A stretch of DNA of 62,208 nucleotides, the filler included, from Asterionella formosa (Eukaryota), in the NCBI GenBank assembly GCA_002256025.1. It is 24 parts of 24 records of this genome, joined end to end, with 100 filler letters (N's around TTAATTAATTAA, not from the genome) between each part and the next. Parts side by side here need not be neighbours in the genome. Positions count along the whole stretch, not along the records: positions 1 to 2,512 come from NKIB01015180.1; positions 2,613 to 5,120 come from NKIB01015181.1; positions 5,221 to 7,725 come from NKIB01015182.1; positions 7,826 to 10,330 come from NKIB01015183.1; positions 10,431 to 12,934 come from NKIB01015184.1; 19 more parts are not named here. One strand, 5' to 3'. Of this stretch, positions 1 through 10,636 are shown in pieces (position 1 is the first letter of the stretch; every line of letters starts with the position of its first letter). Made by a program: the position numbers and the translations under genes. The notes below the pieces were generated by a model that searched no databases, was not told the DNA's origin, and saw only the letters and a program-made list of their open reading frames with translations.

Positions 1-1
1 T

Positions 2-1519
2 AATGAAGCTTTTACTAAGGATCGTGACTCCATATTCCTTGATAATGGTACTCTTGGAAGTGCTGCTCATCGATACTGTCAACAGCTTGTTGAACTTCTG
101 GCAGGTCATCATGACGAAGTTCGACAATACTGTCGTGCTGAGCGAGTGAAAAGCCATGGTCTCAGGAAAGGGTCTGCTACCCATGCAACAAGTGGAACCA
201 CTGTTCCTCCACCACTTCCATCAGTGGCTAGACGAGGTGAATGGAGCCAAGGAACTATCTTTGACATATATTTTTTGTTTGCAGAACCTGGTGATCAATA
301 CCTTGGGCGATGTCTTGCAGGCCTCCCAGCACCTAATGCAGTTGATTTCGCGGTTCTCCCACCACATTTCATTTATGGTATGGAAAATGATGATGTCAAG
401 CAGGCATTACAGATATGTTTTGGTTGCATCATTGACTTGTATGAGGAGAGACAAAGTGGGGGTATAATTGGTGTTTTACTCTACTTCCTTGCATCAGTTG
501 TTTATCACATGGATGCCTTTGTTAAACCTGTAATTGAGAAACAACCAAACCACCCATTTTCAGCAATTCCACTATTGCAATATCCTGGCCTCCTTCAGCG
601 CTTGCAAAAATTTGTGACACTTGATAGAACTGACAACGTGCCCCAAGCCACAGGGATCCCACCACATATTGATCACTCACAAAAATTGAGTGAGATTCTT
701 CTAAAAGTCACTCAGATAACATCAATGATGATGCATCAGACAGAGGAAATCAAAGCTTCTGTAGTTCAAGCAATTGAAGAGCATGACATCTGTGGTGGTG
801 TCATTACAATCGATTTTCTAAACAATCGGTTGAAAGAGCATCACAAACAGCTTGAACAGGTGCTTTGTGATCAGCTTCAACAAGGTGGAATAACAAATGA
901 TCAGGTAGCTCGACCACTCCCTGAACAAGAACACCAACAAGATCAACAGAAGGGGATAGATCATACTTTGTACTGCTATGATGGAAAGTTTTGGCAGGTC
1001 CCAAGGGGTTGGCAGTTTCCTGAAAAGATTCTCCGCCGGACAGGGTGGAGTCTATGGCTAAATGGACAAGCAGGCATTGTCAGACCATTTCGCCTTCTTG
1101 ATCCACCGTCACTATCCCCTGACAAGAAGCTCCGGGATAGACTGAAATTAGAGTGGAGACCATTTTTCCAAATGATGGAACAAGCACCAGACATGGAGAT
1201 TCCAACAGGGTCACACAATGTTACACCAGAATTTGTTGAGCAATCATTCCTGCAGGGAACTTATTATCTCAAGGCAAGAGCTGGATATGTTTGGGAGCGT
1301 TCAACAAGACCTGAAGTTCTTACTATCAGCTCATGGTCTAAACATGTTCAGCGGAGTAACATTGAGAAGTTGGGGAATGATACTAATGACCGTGCCAATC
1401 TTCCACCTCCAGATCGGCACAATGCTCCCCACAGCAATATACGGCAGCGGCGGCGCCAGCTTGCACCTAAGGTACTTGATCAAAGAAGAAGAGTTTGTCA
1501 GAGACACAATTCTCCTTGA
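2..1519 (+). CDS. Crypton-like (CryptonS-type) tyrosine recombinase, 5'-truncated
   Basis: The frame is open from position 2. It has YR catalytic motifs SHGLRKG (HxxR), RGEWS and DIY, then GDQYLGRCLAGLP..FAVLPPHF and a C-terminal DGKFWQVP..FP..W.LW..G..PFRLL block typical of stramenopile Cryptons. Confidence 0.8.
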   Translation, partial: NEAFTKDRDSIFLDNGTLGSAAHRYCQQLVELLAGHHDEVRQYCRAERVKSHGLRKGSATHATSGTTVPPPLPSVARRGEWSQGTIFDIYFLFAEPGDQYLGRCLAGLPAPNAVDFAVLPPHFIYGMENDDVKQALQICFGCIIDLYEERQSGGIIGVLLYFLASVVYHMDAFVKPVIEKQPNHPFSAIPLLQYPGLLQRLQKFVTLDRTDNVPQATGIPPHIDHSQKLSEILLKVTQITSMMMHQTEEIKASVVQAIEEHDICGGVITIDFLNNRLKEHHKQLEQVLCDQLQQGGITNDQVARPLPEQEHQQDQQKGIDHTLYCYDGKFWQVPRGWQFPEKILRRTGWSLWLNGQAGIVRPFRLLDPPSLSPDKKLRDRLKLEWRPFFQMMEQAPDMEIPTGSHNVTPEFVEQSFLQGTYYLKARAGYVWERSTRPEVLTISSWSKHVQRSNIEKLGNDTNDRANLPPPDRHNAPHSNIRQRRRQLAPKVLDQRRRVCQRHNSP

Positions 1520-2385
1520 AATTACTAGTGAATATTTATATAAATATATATCATATTATGTATATACTATACAAAGCAAGTAACTGGTACACAAGAGGTG
1601 TAGCCAGAGATGTTCTAGTTAAAAGCAAGTGAGAAGTACAGCAGAGTTTCAGCAGGCACTACTGGCTGGCTGATGGGTTTTTTTAAAGGCTTTTTATGGA
1701 TTACAAAACACACCACTGTTGCCTCTCCTCAGCCAGTGGAGCTGCTTGCTTTCGAGGTCAGCAGTGTGCAAACCACCAGTCAGCAAATTATACAATGCAA
1801 TGGTGAGTTTCTTCTCTTCAATTGCTGGGATGTATATTAGATTATCTAGGTGCAGATGGGTTAGGTGTGTATTATATATCTGGCTGGATACCCATACTTT
1901 TCTACACATTTGCGAGACTAAACAATACTGGTTGCTCCGTCTCATATCCTACAGTCGTAACTGTGTTCGTACCAGGTACCAGGTACTCCGAGTACCTGGT
2001 ATTTCATTTTACATGGTGCGTGCATATGATGCTGTGTATCATTGGATGCATATTGCCGTAGCACCACAGCAGTGGAATATTCTCACCAGCATAATACCCG
2101 GTAGATACTAAGATTATAAAATGAATACCGGTACATATGATGGCTCGACAGCTGCATATAACGGACTGACGTACGGACATTCTACAGGAACATCTAAGCC
2201 GCGTATTACGTGAAGTGACCATCACGTAAATAAGCCTAGTTGATTTTGAATGCATCACATGAATTAGTTGAATACATCAAAATACGTAGTTGAACATGTC
2301 TATATATTATCTGAATACATCACGTTAAATATTTGATCAAAGTATCATGCATGCATTCCTGATCATCACTATATTATGTGATCAC

Positions 2386-2512
2386 CTTCACATAATTATT
2401 TGAAATACTTCACATAATTATTTGAAATACTTCACATAATTATTTGAAATACTTCACATAATTATTTGAAATACTTCACATAATTATTTGAAATACTTCA
2501 CATAATTATTTG
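2386..2512. repeat. 22-bp tandem repeat (CTTCACATAATTATTTGAAATA), about 5.8 copies, running into the contig end
   Basis: Perfect copies are directly visible. The unit contains the near-palindrome TTCACATAATTATTTGAA. Confidence 0.95.
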
Positions 2513-2612
2513 NNNNNNNNNNNNNNNNNNNNNNNNNNNNNNNNNNNNNNNNNNNNTTAATTAATTAANNNNNNNNNNNNNNNNNNNNNNNNNNNNNNNN
2601 NNNNNNNNNNNN
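2513..2612. other. Artificial contig linker (first of 23)
   Basis: N44-TTAATTAATTAA-N44, with stops in all six frames. The same linker starts at 5121, 7726, 10331, 12935, 15538, 18139, 20737, 23334, 25931, 28527, 31123, 33719, 36315, 38911, 41507, 44099, 46691, 49279, 51870, 54456, 57041 and 59625. Confidence 0.99.
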
Positions 2613-3164
2613 ATCCTGGACTCGGAGTAATTTGGTGCGGCGTTCTCCAGTGATCGTCAGGTATTCGCAGGAGCGCATTGCGAAGAAAAAGGCTAGGATG
2701 GCTAGAGGACCCAGGCAAACATCAACCGGTGTAGCTTGGTGAAAATACAATTTTAAAATAAAGTCAATTGTTAACGCCCGCTGGTGTTTGACGGCTGGAT
2801 CGGTGTGTCTGTAGGCCGACAGCTGGAGGCGTAAAATTCGGTGAGTTTTGCCGTGTATGTTGATAGTGGGGTCGGGTCGGTCATGCTCCACAAAGGTCGC
2901 CGAAAGAGATGCGATGGTATCGCGGACTGTTGCCGATGCGAGAGGAGTGTCTCGATGTGCGCTGAACTCGGCTTGCAGGATGGCGTGCGCGAAGGCTCCG
3001 ATGAGTTGGGTGCGGTTTTCTGGGGAGAGGTGGACGAGGAAAGGGTCAGTGGCAGCGCAGAATCCGATGGAGCCCAAGAATTCTTTCCAAATGCGGAAGA
3101 CGTGAGTGTACTTCGCTTTGGTATTAGTTTGAAGCCCTTGGTAGCGCGCTCTCTCTGCGTCCAT
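2613..3164 (-). CDS. Tyrosine recombinase of the DIRS/Ngaro element (N-terminal part, cut by the contig end)
   Basis: A core-binding-like N-terminus (W..FL; ATVRDTIASLS) is followed by LAILAFFFAMRSCEY, containing the catalytic Arg. Confidence 0.85.
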
Positions 3165-3241
3165 AAGGTAAGTCTGGAGGCGATTTCGGTGGGAATCGGC
3201 GAGATGTCGAAATTCGTGAGAATCTGATGGGCAGCAGAGGA

Positions 3242-4723
3242 TTAGAGGAGGTGTGTTAGTTGAAGCGGCGAAAGGTGGTGGTCGCGTGAAAGGGAGTCGG
3301 CGATGATGTTGTCTTCTCCCGGGATCCAGTGACTGAAGCTACAGGCTTGTGCTGTGTCCAGTATGTCAGCGAGCCATCGTGAGATGGCAAGGTGGGTCGA
3401 TTTTTCGTGTCCCTGGAACCTGGCTCCGCCGCGATGGAGCCAATAATCTGCCGTGGAGCTGTCGAGTTGAGAGAGAATACAAGCATCGGGTTGAATGTTC
3501 CCTGCCGCAGCCTCCATCGCGATGGTAGTGATTGATGCGAGATATTCTAGGAGGTTCAGGGACAATTTTCCGCGGTCAGCCATCGGAATTTCCCACCTCC
3601 AGGCTTGGACGGTCGTCAGGGAGAAACCGCCTATGCCGTGTTGGCATGCGTCGGCTCGGAGGAGAATTGTGGGGACGCGAAGAGTCAGCCTGTTGAGGCT
3701 AATGCCTCTTCGAGCGCTGCGGAGGAAACCAATGCATTGCCGCGCTTCATCCGTTTGTAACTCGTTTAAAATCACGCTCTTGCCGCTGGCCCGTGCTCGA
3801 CGTTCCACTCGTCGAAGGTGACACAAAAAGGCTCGGGCTGTTGGAATGACATAGGAGGCGTGATTCAGTCTGCCAATTGTTGTGGCTAAAATTTCACAAT
3901 CAACTGAGTGTAGCTGCAGGATTCGATCTATTTCTGCATTCCAGGATTTGAGTTTTTCCTGTGGCAAGTGCAGCCGAAGGGTGCGTGTGTTGACCTCCCA
4001 CCCTAGAATGATCTTGGATTCTTCAGGGGAAACTTCGGCTAACATCTTGTCAAATGCTAGAGGGTCATCGCGTTGAAGGGGTTCAGTGTCGGCCATCGGG
4101 CGACCCAGTAGGTGTAGCGTAAGTAGTGTAATTCGGGAACCCTTCCATATTGGTGTAGGTAGGTCAAGAAAGCAGGTGAAAAGGACGTCTAGATAGCAGT
4201 CGGTGAATGGTTCGAGGTCGGGGTAGGTCGAAATGAGTGTGGGTAGTGCGGGTTGACAGGGCGATTTGCTGCTGAGATAGCACGGTTTCCTAACATATTT
4301 GTGTTGGTGTGGGGATTCCAAGTTAGGAGTGGAATCCGGATTCCATGAGGTGTCACGTGTGATGAGGTTGCACGTGTTGCAGGCGATTTCGGATACGTCG
4401 CTCCACATGCTTGGGTTTGGTGCTCCGCCGAACGTCATGCGTAGTGCGAGCAGGGTAATGTCATCTACAATGACAATCGCTTGTGAGGCTGTGGTACCGG
4501 ATGTATGTAGGCGACGATATGCAGCTTTGATGTCTAATTTAGTCATTAGACTCCGAGTGTCTGGATTGATTTGTCGTAGTTTCACAATGTAGTGGATAAA
4601 TCGCCGTAGAGCTGTGCCATAGCGACATGGTGTCAGTCTGTCGAATATCACTCATGAGTTTACGGATGTCCCTTTCGAGAACTCAAATGACTGGTCGTGT
4701 GTCAATCGGTCTTTTGGGATTAT
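3242..4723 (-). pseudogene. Reverse transcriptase-RNase H of the DIRS/Ngaro element
   Basis: RT motifs are KDRLTHDQSF, KLDIKAAYRRL, MTFGGAPNPSMW and YLDV (degenerate YxDD). RNase H motifs are DACQHGIGG, NLLEYLA, DSSTA and HWIPGEDNIIADSLSR. There is an in-frame TGA at 4652-4654 and a probably premature TAA at 3242-3244. Confidence 0.88.
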
Positions 4724-4926
4724 TCTATGCACGCAAAAAATTTTGAGCTTGATGTGGGAAGTAATGATTGAGACATATTGGCAACAATAAGAATATTTGT
4801 TGCATCGACAATGGTTAGTGCTGGAATGGAGAGTGCTGTGCGAGCTACGAGTGATGACGAGGAACCGCAGTAGGCTGTTAATTGCTTCGAAATAGAATCA
4901 TTTACAGTTACTCGGGCCTGCCCTAG

Positions 4927-5118
4927 TTAGTGTTGCGGATTCGAGTTGCGGATTGCTGGGGATAAGTCGCGAATTGCCTCGTTCAAAAATTTCGCAAAGG
5001 CTTTCTTGTTTTCCCCTGTTAACTGAACGTGTGCATCTTTCTGTTCGCAGTTGTCGATGCAGATCCCCGAAATCTGCCAGCGACAGCAGTTTGTGGCTCC
5101 GTTGACCTTTGGTGCTCG
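4927..5118 (-). CDS. C-terminus of gag-like ORF1 with a CCCH-type zinc finger (partial)
   Basis: Manual translation gives RAPKVNGATNCCRWQISGICIDNCEQKDAHVQLTGENKKAFAKFLNEAIRDLSPAIRNSNPQH*. Confidence 0.6.
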   Translation of the reverse strand, partial: RAPKVNGATNCCRWQISGICIDNCEQKDAHVQLTGENKKAFAKFLNEAIRDLSPAIRNSNPQH

Positions 5119-5392
5119 ACNNNNNNNNNNNNNNNNNNNNNNNNNNNNNNNNNNNNNNNNNNNNTTAATTAATTAANNNNNNNNNNNNNNNNNNNNNNNN
5201 NNNNNNNNNNNNNNNNNNNNTTTGCAAATTTCCACTGATTTAAATATTTCAAATGGAATCACGTCATTCAAAAATAGCTAATTAAATCCTTAATTCCAGG
5301 GAATTTTGGCAACCCTAAGCAATATTTAAATTTTTGCCTAGGGTTTCGAATGCAGCAACCTTAAGGGAAAACCTTTTATATATGAAAATTTT

Positions 5393-7510
5393 TGGTACGA
5401 CGAATATTAATTCGTTTTTTAATATGCATAGTGCGTTGAAAAGTTACTGTACCATTGGTATGTACTTGAATAATAGTACAAGAACCTCGTCTATGCTCAT
5501 CCAAAGTAGTAGGATTATCCAATAGTATTAAAATCTCATCACCCACTTTGTAATCATAAGATCAACGACGGAAATTAACACGACGTAAACGTTCGTCAAT
5601 TATCACTTGTCGACGTTGATATGTTACTTGTAAATCTGTAATCAAAGGAATATTTCATATCACATCACGTTGAAAAACACCTGGTGAAATACTTAATATA
5701 CTATGAATAGAAACTCTAGCTGCGTATGATGCAGCTGCAGAACATGTATCCACAGTGTTCTGGGCTTGAAATTCATTCATTGGAGGATGAGCCTTAAACA
5801 TAACTCGTAGACAGACTATTACTGATAGATTGATGTAAACGTTCACAGATAGCATTTGCTTGTGGATTCTTGACTGTAGTAGTCACATCTTTAATTCCAT
5901 TCAACACTAACATGTGTAAGAAAGGAACATTAGTGAATTCACCTCCATTGTCATGTATACAACGTTCTGGACGGGGATATCTGGCTAACCAATCATTTTC
6001 AAATTTCATCGCAATATATTCTGATGTTTTATTATTGATACGTGAAATTTCTGCTAAATTGGTGACTGTGTCAATACAAGTTAGAGCACGAAATTCAATT
6101 GCTTGATCAGCCACTGTTATCTTCCATGGACCAAATAAATCTACTGCGACTTCTGACCATGGTAATAACAATGCACTCCTGGGTGGCAGTTCACCAAAAC
6201 CAGTACCAGGTAATTTTGTACGCTGACATGCTTCACATACTCTTACAATATGTTCCACTCTTGCTTTCAATGTAGGGTGATAAAAAATGTGTAGCAATTG
6301 TTGCATTTAATCTTGTCATACCCAGCACATGAGCTAACATGTGATGATACCAATTAATAAAAGGATCTAATAATGATGTAGGAATAGCAATACGCCAAGT
6401 ATCTCCTGGATTCTTCACAAAACATATTAAAAATACATCATGAAAATTGATAGGGGGAATTTTTAACGGATGTGTTTGTTGATTGAGAATCAATTGTGTA
6501 TCCAGCAATTGTCTATCATGTATTAAATCATACTCCAGAGGATATTGAATATTGTCTGTCAAGATTGGATGATTAAGGAAACAGGTAAGCAAAGGTTCAT
6601 CATCTAATTCAATTGAAAAGGTAGAAGTGGATGTTGATGCTGGAGATTTCGGTCCAATATCATCCCCCACCAAAGACTCAAGCCTCGGGAGGCGAGAGAT
6701 GGAATCTGCAATAGCATTGTCAGTCCCTTTCACATAATGAAAAGTAGGATGATATTATTCAATATAAAGTCTCCGTCTTAGAACACGTTGAGTATGTAAA
6801 GTATTATAAATATGATTTCGATGATCAGTATGAGCATGTAGAACTGCACCCAATAACATAGAGCGAAATTCTTTGAAAGTTTCTACCACAGCAAGTAATT
6901 CTTTTTCAATAGCAGTTTAATTCTTTTGAGCAGCAGATAATTTGCGAGAATAATAAGCAACTGGGAGATCATTTTGCATAATGACCGACCCTAATTGATA
7001 ATCAGAGGCATCAGTAAAGATATGAAAAGGAAGATTATGATCAGGATAACGCATGAGTGTATCTGCAACCAACAATATTTCATTTCTTCAAAAGCTTGTT
7101 AATGTATAGCTAACCAGACAAATGGACTAGTTCCAATTTATATTTAAGTGGTCCAAGAACATGAGATCGTCTAGGAGACATGTCTCGATAGTACGTAACA
7201 GCACCAAGAAATGATCTGACTTCCTTAAGATTGGTAGGTGAAGACATATTAATCAATGCTTGGACCTTTTTAGACCAAGGTTTCAGTCAATTAGGAGTTA
7301 ACCAATAGCCTAACCAATATGTCTCTTGGACTGCCCATTCACACTTAGATGGATCAATTGTAAAACCATTTGCCTGTAAAAGATGTAAAATAGTGTATAA
7401 TAAATGAAGGTGATCCGAAAAATTCATTGAAAAACAACCCACATCATCTAAATCACCAAGAACCTGTTCCATAGCTTCTTGTGCAATGTCGGATGATTGT
7501 TTCACCCCAG
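5393..7510 (-). mobile_element. Ty3/gypsy pol remnant (RT C-terminus, RNase H, integrase), frameshifted
   Basis: Motifs include [36 protein letters not shown], the HHCC region CEACQ, VAVDL.GPW, IHDNGGEF, NPQANAICERLH and terminal VHTNGTVT..RINIRR. It is near-identical to 50407-51869 where they overlap. Confidence 0.92.
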
Positions 7511-7825
7511 TCAGTATATCACTTGATGATGTAGCGATATATATAAGAGATTGAGTCTTAAATGGAAGGTAATGAAAACTAGAAATTTCATATACCATCA
7601 TTGCTCCTAGTAGCTACTACTAGTATACAAATGACCAGTATACTGACTCTCCCTCTCATCCGAAGATACCAACTGAAAGAAGATTGAGGAGTGAATGAGA
7701 CAAATATTATTGGTATCACAGGGGGNNNNNNNNNNNNNNNNNNNNNNNNNNNNNNNNNNNNNNNNNNNNTTAATTAATTAANNNNNNNNNNNNNNNNNNN
7801 NNNNNNNNNNNNNNNNNNNNNNNNN

Positions 7826-9031
7826 CAGAATGGGGAGAAGTATGGTTTAACGAAAAGGCAATTACAAACATCTTCAGTTATGCCGAAATGGCAGATAGGT
7901 ACAGAATTACCTATGACTCTGAGAAAGAAGATGCATTCATTGTTCATTTGCCAGACAAAACAGTTCGATTTGAAAGAATTGGGATGAACTTATATTTTCA
8001 AGCCAACTACAAGGATTAGAGCGGAGAATGCTCAAATGTTAAATACACTTGAAGAAAACAAAACATTTTACACTGAACGTCAATTTCAGAGAGCTAAGCG
8101 AGCTCGTGATCTATTTCATGCCTTGGGTACACCATCAATTAATGATTTCAAGGCAATAATTCGTATGAATATGATCAACAATAATCCAGTGACTACCGAT
8201 GATATCAAAATTGCAGAGAAAATTTTTGGACCTGACATCGGAACACTAAAAGGCAAGACAACTCGTCGCAAGCCGCTGCCAGTCGTGAACGACTACATCG
8301 AGATTCCTAAGGAGCTTATTCAAGCTCAACGCGAAGTGACTCTTTGCATGGATGGAATGAAAGTGAATGGACAATCATTTCTCACAACAATTTCTCGAAA
8401 CACTATGTATAGGACAGCGCAATGGGTCAAGAATCAGACAGCTGAAGTCTATCGAGATGCTTTGATTCAAGTATTCCGTGTTTATAATACCGGAGGATTT
8501 AAAATTATAACAATCCACTGTGACAATGAGTTTCGACCTTTGATGGAACAAATTTCTAATGAATTTCAAGTCACTATGAACTACGCAAGCCCACAAGAAC
8601 ATGTTCCCGAAGCGGAGCGAAATAATCGAGTGATTAAAGAACGCGTGCGCGCAGCTTATCATCAATTACCTTTCAAACATTTGCCGCGACTGATGATTAA
8701 GATTCTAGTGACAGAATCTGCAAGGAAACTGAATTTCTTTCCGGTAAAGAACGGGATATCCCCGTATTACAGTCCTTGTATGATTTTACATCAACAAAAC
8801 CTGGACTATGCTCGACATTGCCAGTAAACATTTGGCACTTATGTCCAAGCATATGAAGAACCTGTGTTTTCAAACACTAATGCACCTCGCAGCCTAGATT
8901 GCATTTTTCTACGCTACAATGACAATGTGCAAGGAGGTCATGAATTTTTACACCTACCTACAAATTCATTGATCACTAGACGAACAATTACTCCTCTACC
9001 ACTTACCCCAGCAATCATGAATCAAGTATAA
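7826..9031 (+). mobile_element. Ty1/copia (diatom CoDi-like) pol fragment, protease-downstream region and integrase
   Basis: Motifs are GEVWFNEKAITNIFS, LCMDGMKVNG, IHCDNEF and EHVPEAERNNRVIKER. After the stop at 8825-8827 the frame continues as FGTYVQA..PRSLDCIFL..QGGHEFL. Confidence 0.88.
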
Positions 9032-9800
9032 GTCCAATGACAAGAGCACTTACCAATTTTGTCTTGTTTTACATTGGTGCTCCCCAACAAGCGTAACAAG
9101 CTGTTGATTCAACTGAGAAAAAAGGAAATGTGCATTTAGTTTACAATTTGTTGTTGTCCTGCTTCCCAACGATTGTCATCCAAGTACCACATTGATGGCT
9201 TCGTTACCTTAAACATACTCCATCCTTCGAAGGCGCAATGTGTCGAAGCCGCAGTTTTTTTCGTTATTGCGTTTCTTGTCATGTGCTTTACGATATTTCT
9301 TTTCATGAAGCAGGCATTGTTTGTTAACATGACAGAACGATTTCAAATATATTTGCCATTCATATAGTTATAAAATTTGTAAATATATAAATAGATCAAG
9401 TGTCGTACATTTATAGAAATCAAGGTACTCTCAATATGGAACATCTAGTATTGCTGAAATGATTATATTTGCATATAGATAATTCGAAAAGATTCAATGC
9501 ACAATTTGTCCATTGTTTTCCATGACTTCGTGTACCGGTACTTTTTTTTTGAAATTTGTTTGCATCAATATTTTCTACATCCATTGGAACTAATTATTTA
9601 GACCATTCAATTGGTGTACTAAGTCATAACCCATTTGTATCATTATTTATATGCAAGGATTTTGGTAGCAAATTGTTTAAGCTCCTTTTTTGGGCGGGAG
9701 TTCTTCATGTGTACCAGTACATCATATGACAATAACATTTTATCATATATATATATATATATATAAAGAGTACCAGTAGCAGTTAGGAAGTGATATACTG
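9032..9800. repeat. Copy 1 of an unclassified dispersed repeat family
   Basis: Colinear with 15906-17042 and 46976-48612, sharing for example ACAAGAGCACTTAC, CAACTGAGAAAAAAGGAAATGTGC and CATTGTTTTCCA.GAC. Confidence 0.9.
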
Positions 9801-10636
9801 GGCTGATATTTGCTAGATTCATGAGCTGCAAGGACTTCATTTTATTTGCTTCCTTCTTCGCTTTTCGTGTATCACATTCTCTAATAGTGCTGCCTTGTTT
9901 GTCAATCTTTGGTGGTAAAATGCTATCCATGATATTTACTTTCACAAATACTACTATACCCTTCTCTTGTCCTTGATTGGAATCATGTCTCCTCTCTTCA
10001 TCTTGTTGTAGTTGTTGCAATGCAGTTGCATCATGTGGATCCATCAGGACGCGACCAACCTTTTCATAGGAAGAATGGAAGCATGTTGTTTTGAACTGAA
10101 TATCTGCTTCTTCATGCAAATGACTGCAAAGAGCACGAATGCTAGTATACCCACATCCAGGGCTTATGTGCAGTTGACCTTGGAAGCTCCTTCACCATGC
10201 CTCTCTCTTGAGATGCACAAACTATTCCTTCATTGTCTGACATGATGTTTTGATGTGGCAGTGGGTCGCTTCCATAGGTATATTGTTGATTGTTGTTGTT
10301 TGTAATTGATGTTCATATTTGGCTGAGTCGNNNNNNNNNNNNNNNNNNNNNNNNNNNNNNNNNNNNNNNNNNNNTTAATTAATTAANNNNNNNNNNNNNN
10401 NNNNNNNNNNNNNNNNNNNNNNNNNNNNNNCCCGTAATTCAATCAGTTGCGTAGAATTCTACGACAAGTGGTAGAAAAACTACTTTGGCAGAAGGGCACA
10501 ACAAGAATTACTTTTCAATCACCACAACGACAAGAAAAGGAGTTTTAACACGAACAAGAAAGTTGCTCGAATAAACCAAAGAAGTATCTCGAATAAACAA
10601 TAGACAACTTTCATTACATTCAAGAGGACATTGACA

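Larger units (their letters stand above)
2613..5120 (-). mobile_element. DIRS/Ngaro-type tyrosine-recombinase retrotransposon, degenerate and partial
   Basis: On the minus strand the order is ORF1 C-terminus with a CCCH finger, RT-RNaseH, then YR. Confidence 0.88.

Noticed and set aside
2513..2612. Regularly spaced TTAATTAATTAA palindromes about every 2.6 kb
   Set aside because: These are artificial linkers inside N runs. ORFs containing X and any cross-linker gene neighbourhood are artefacts.
2..5120. Apparent cluster of two recombinases plus an RT as one system
   Set aside because: They lie on separate contigs and belong to different element classes.
7525..7725. Possible LTR with a TGGTATCA PBS at the contig end
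   Set aside because: The orientation is ambiguous, the PBS match is short, and it ends in poly-G.
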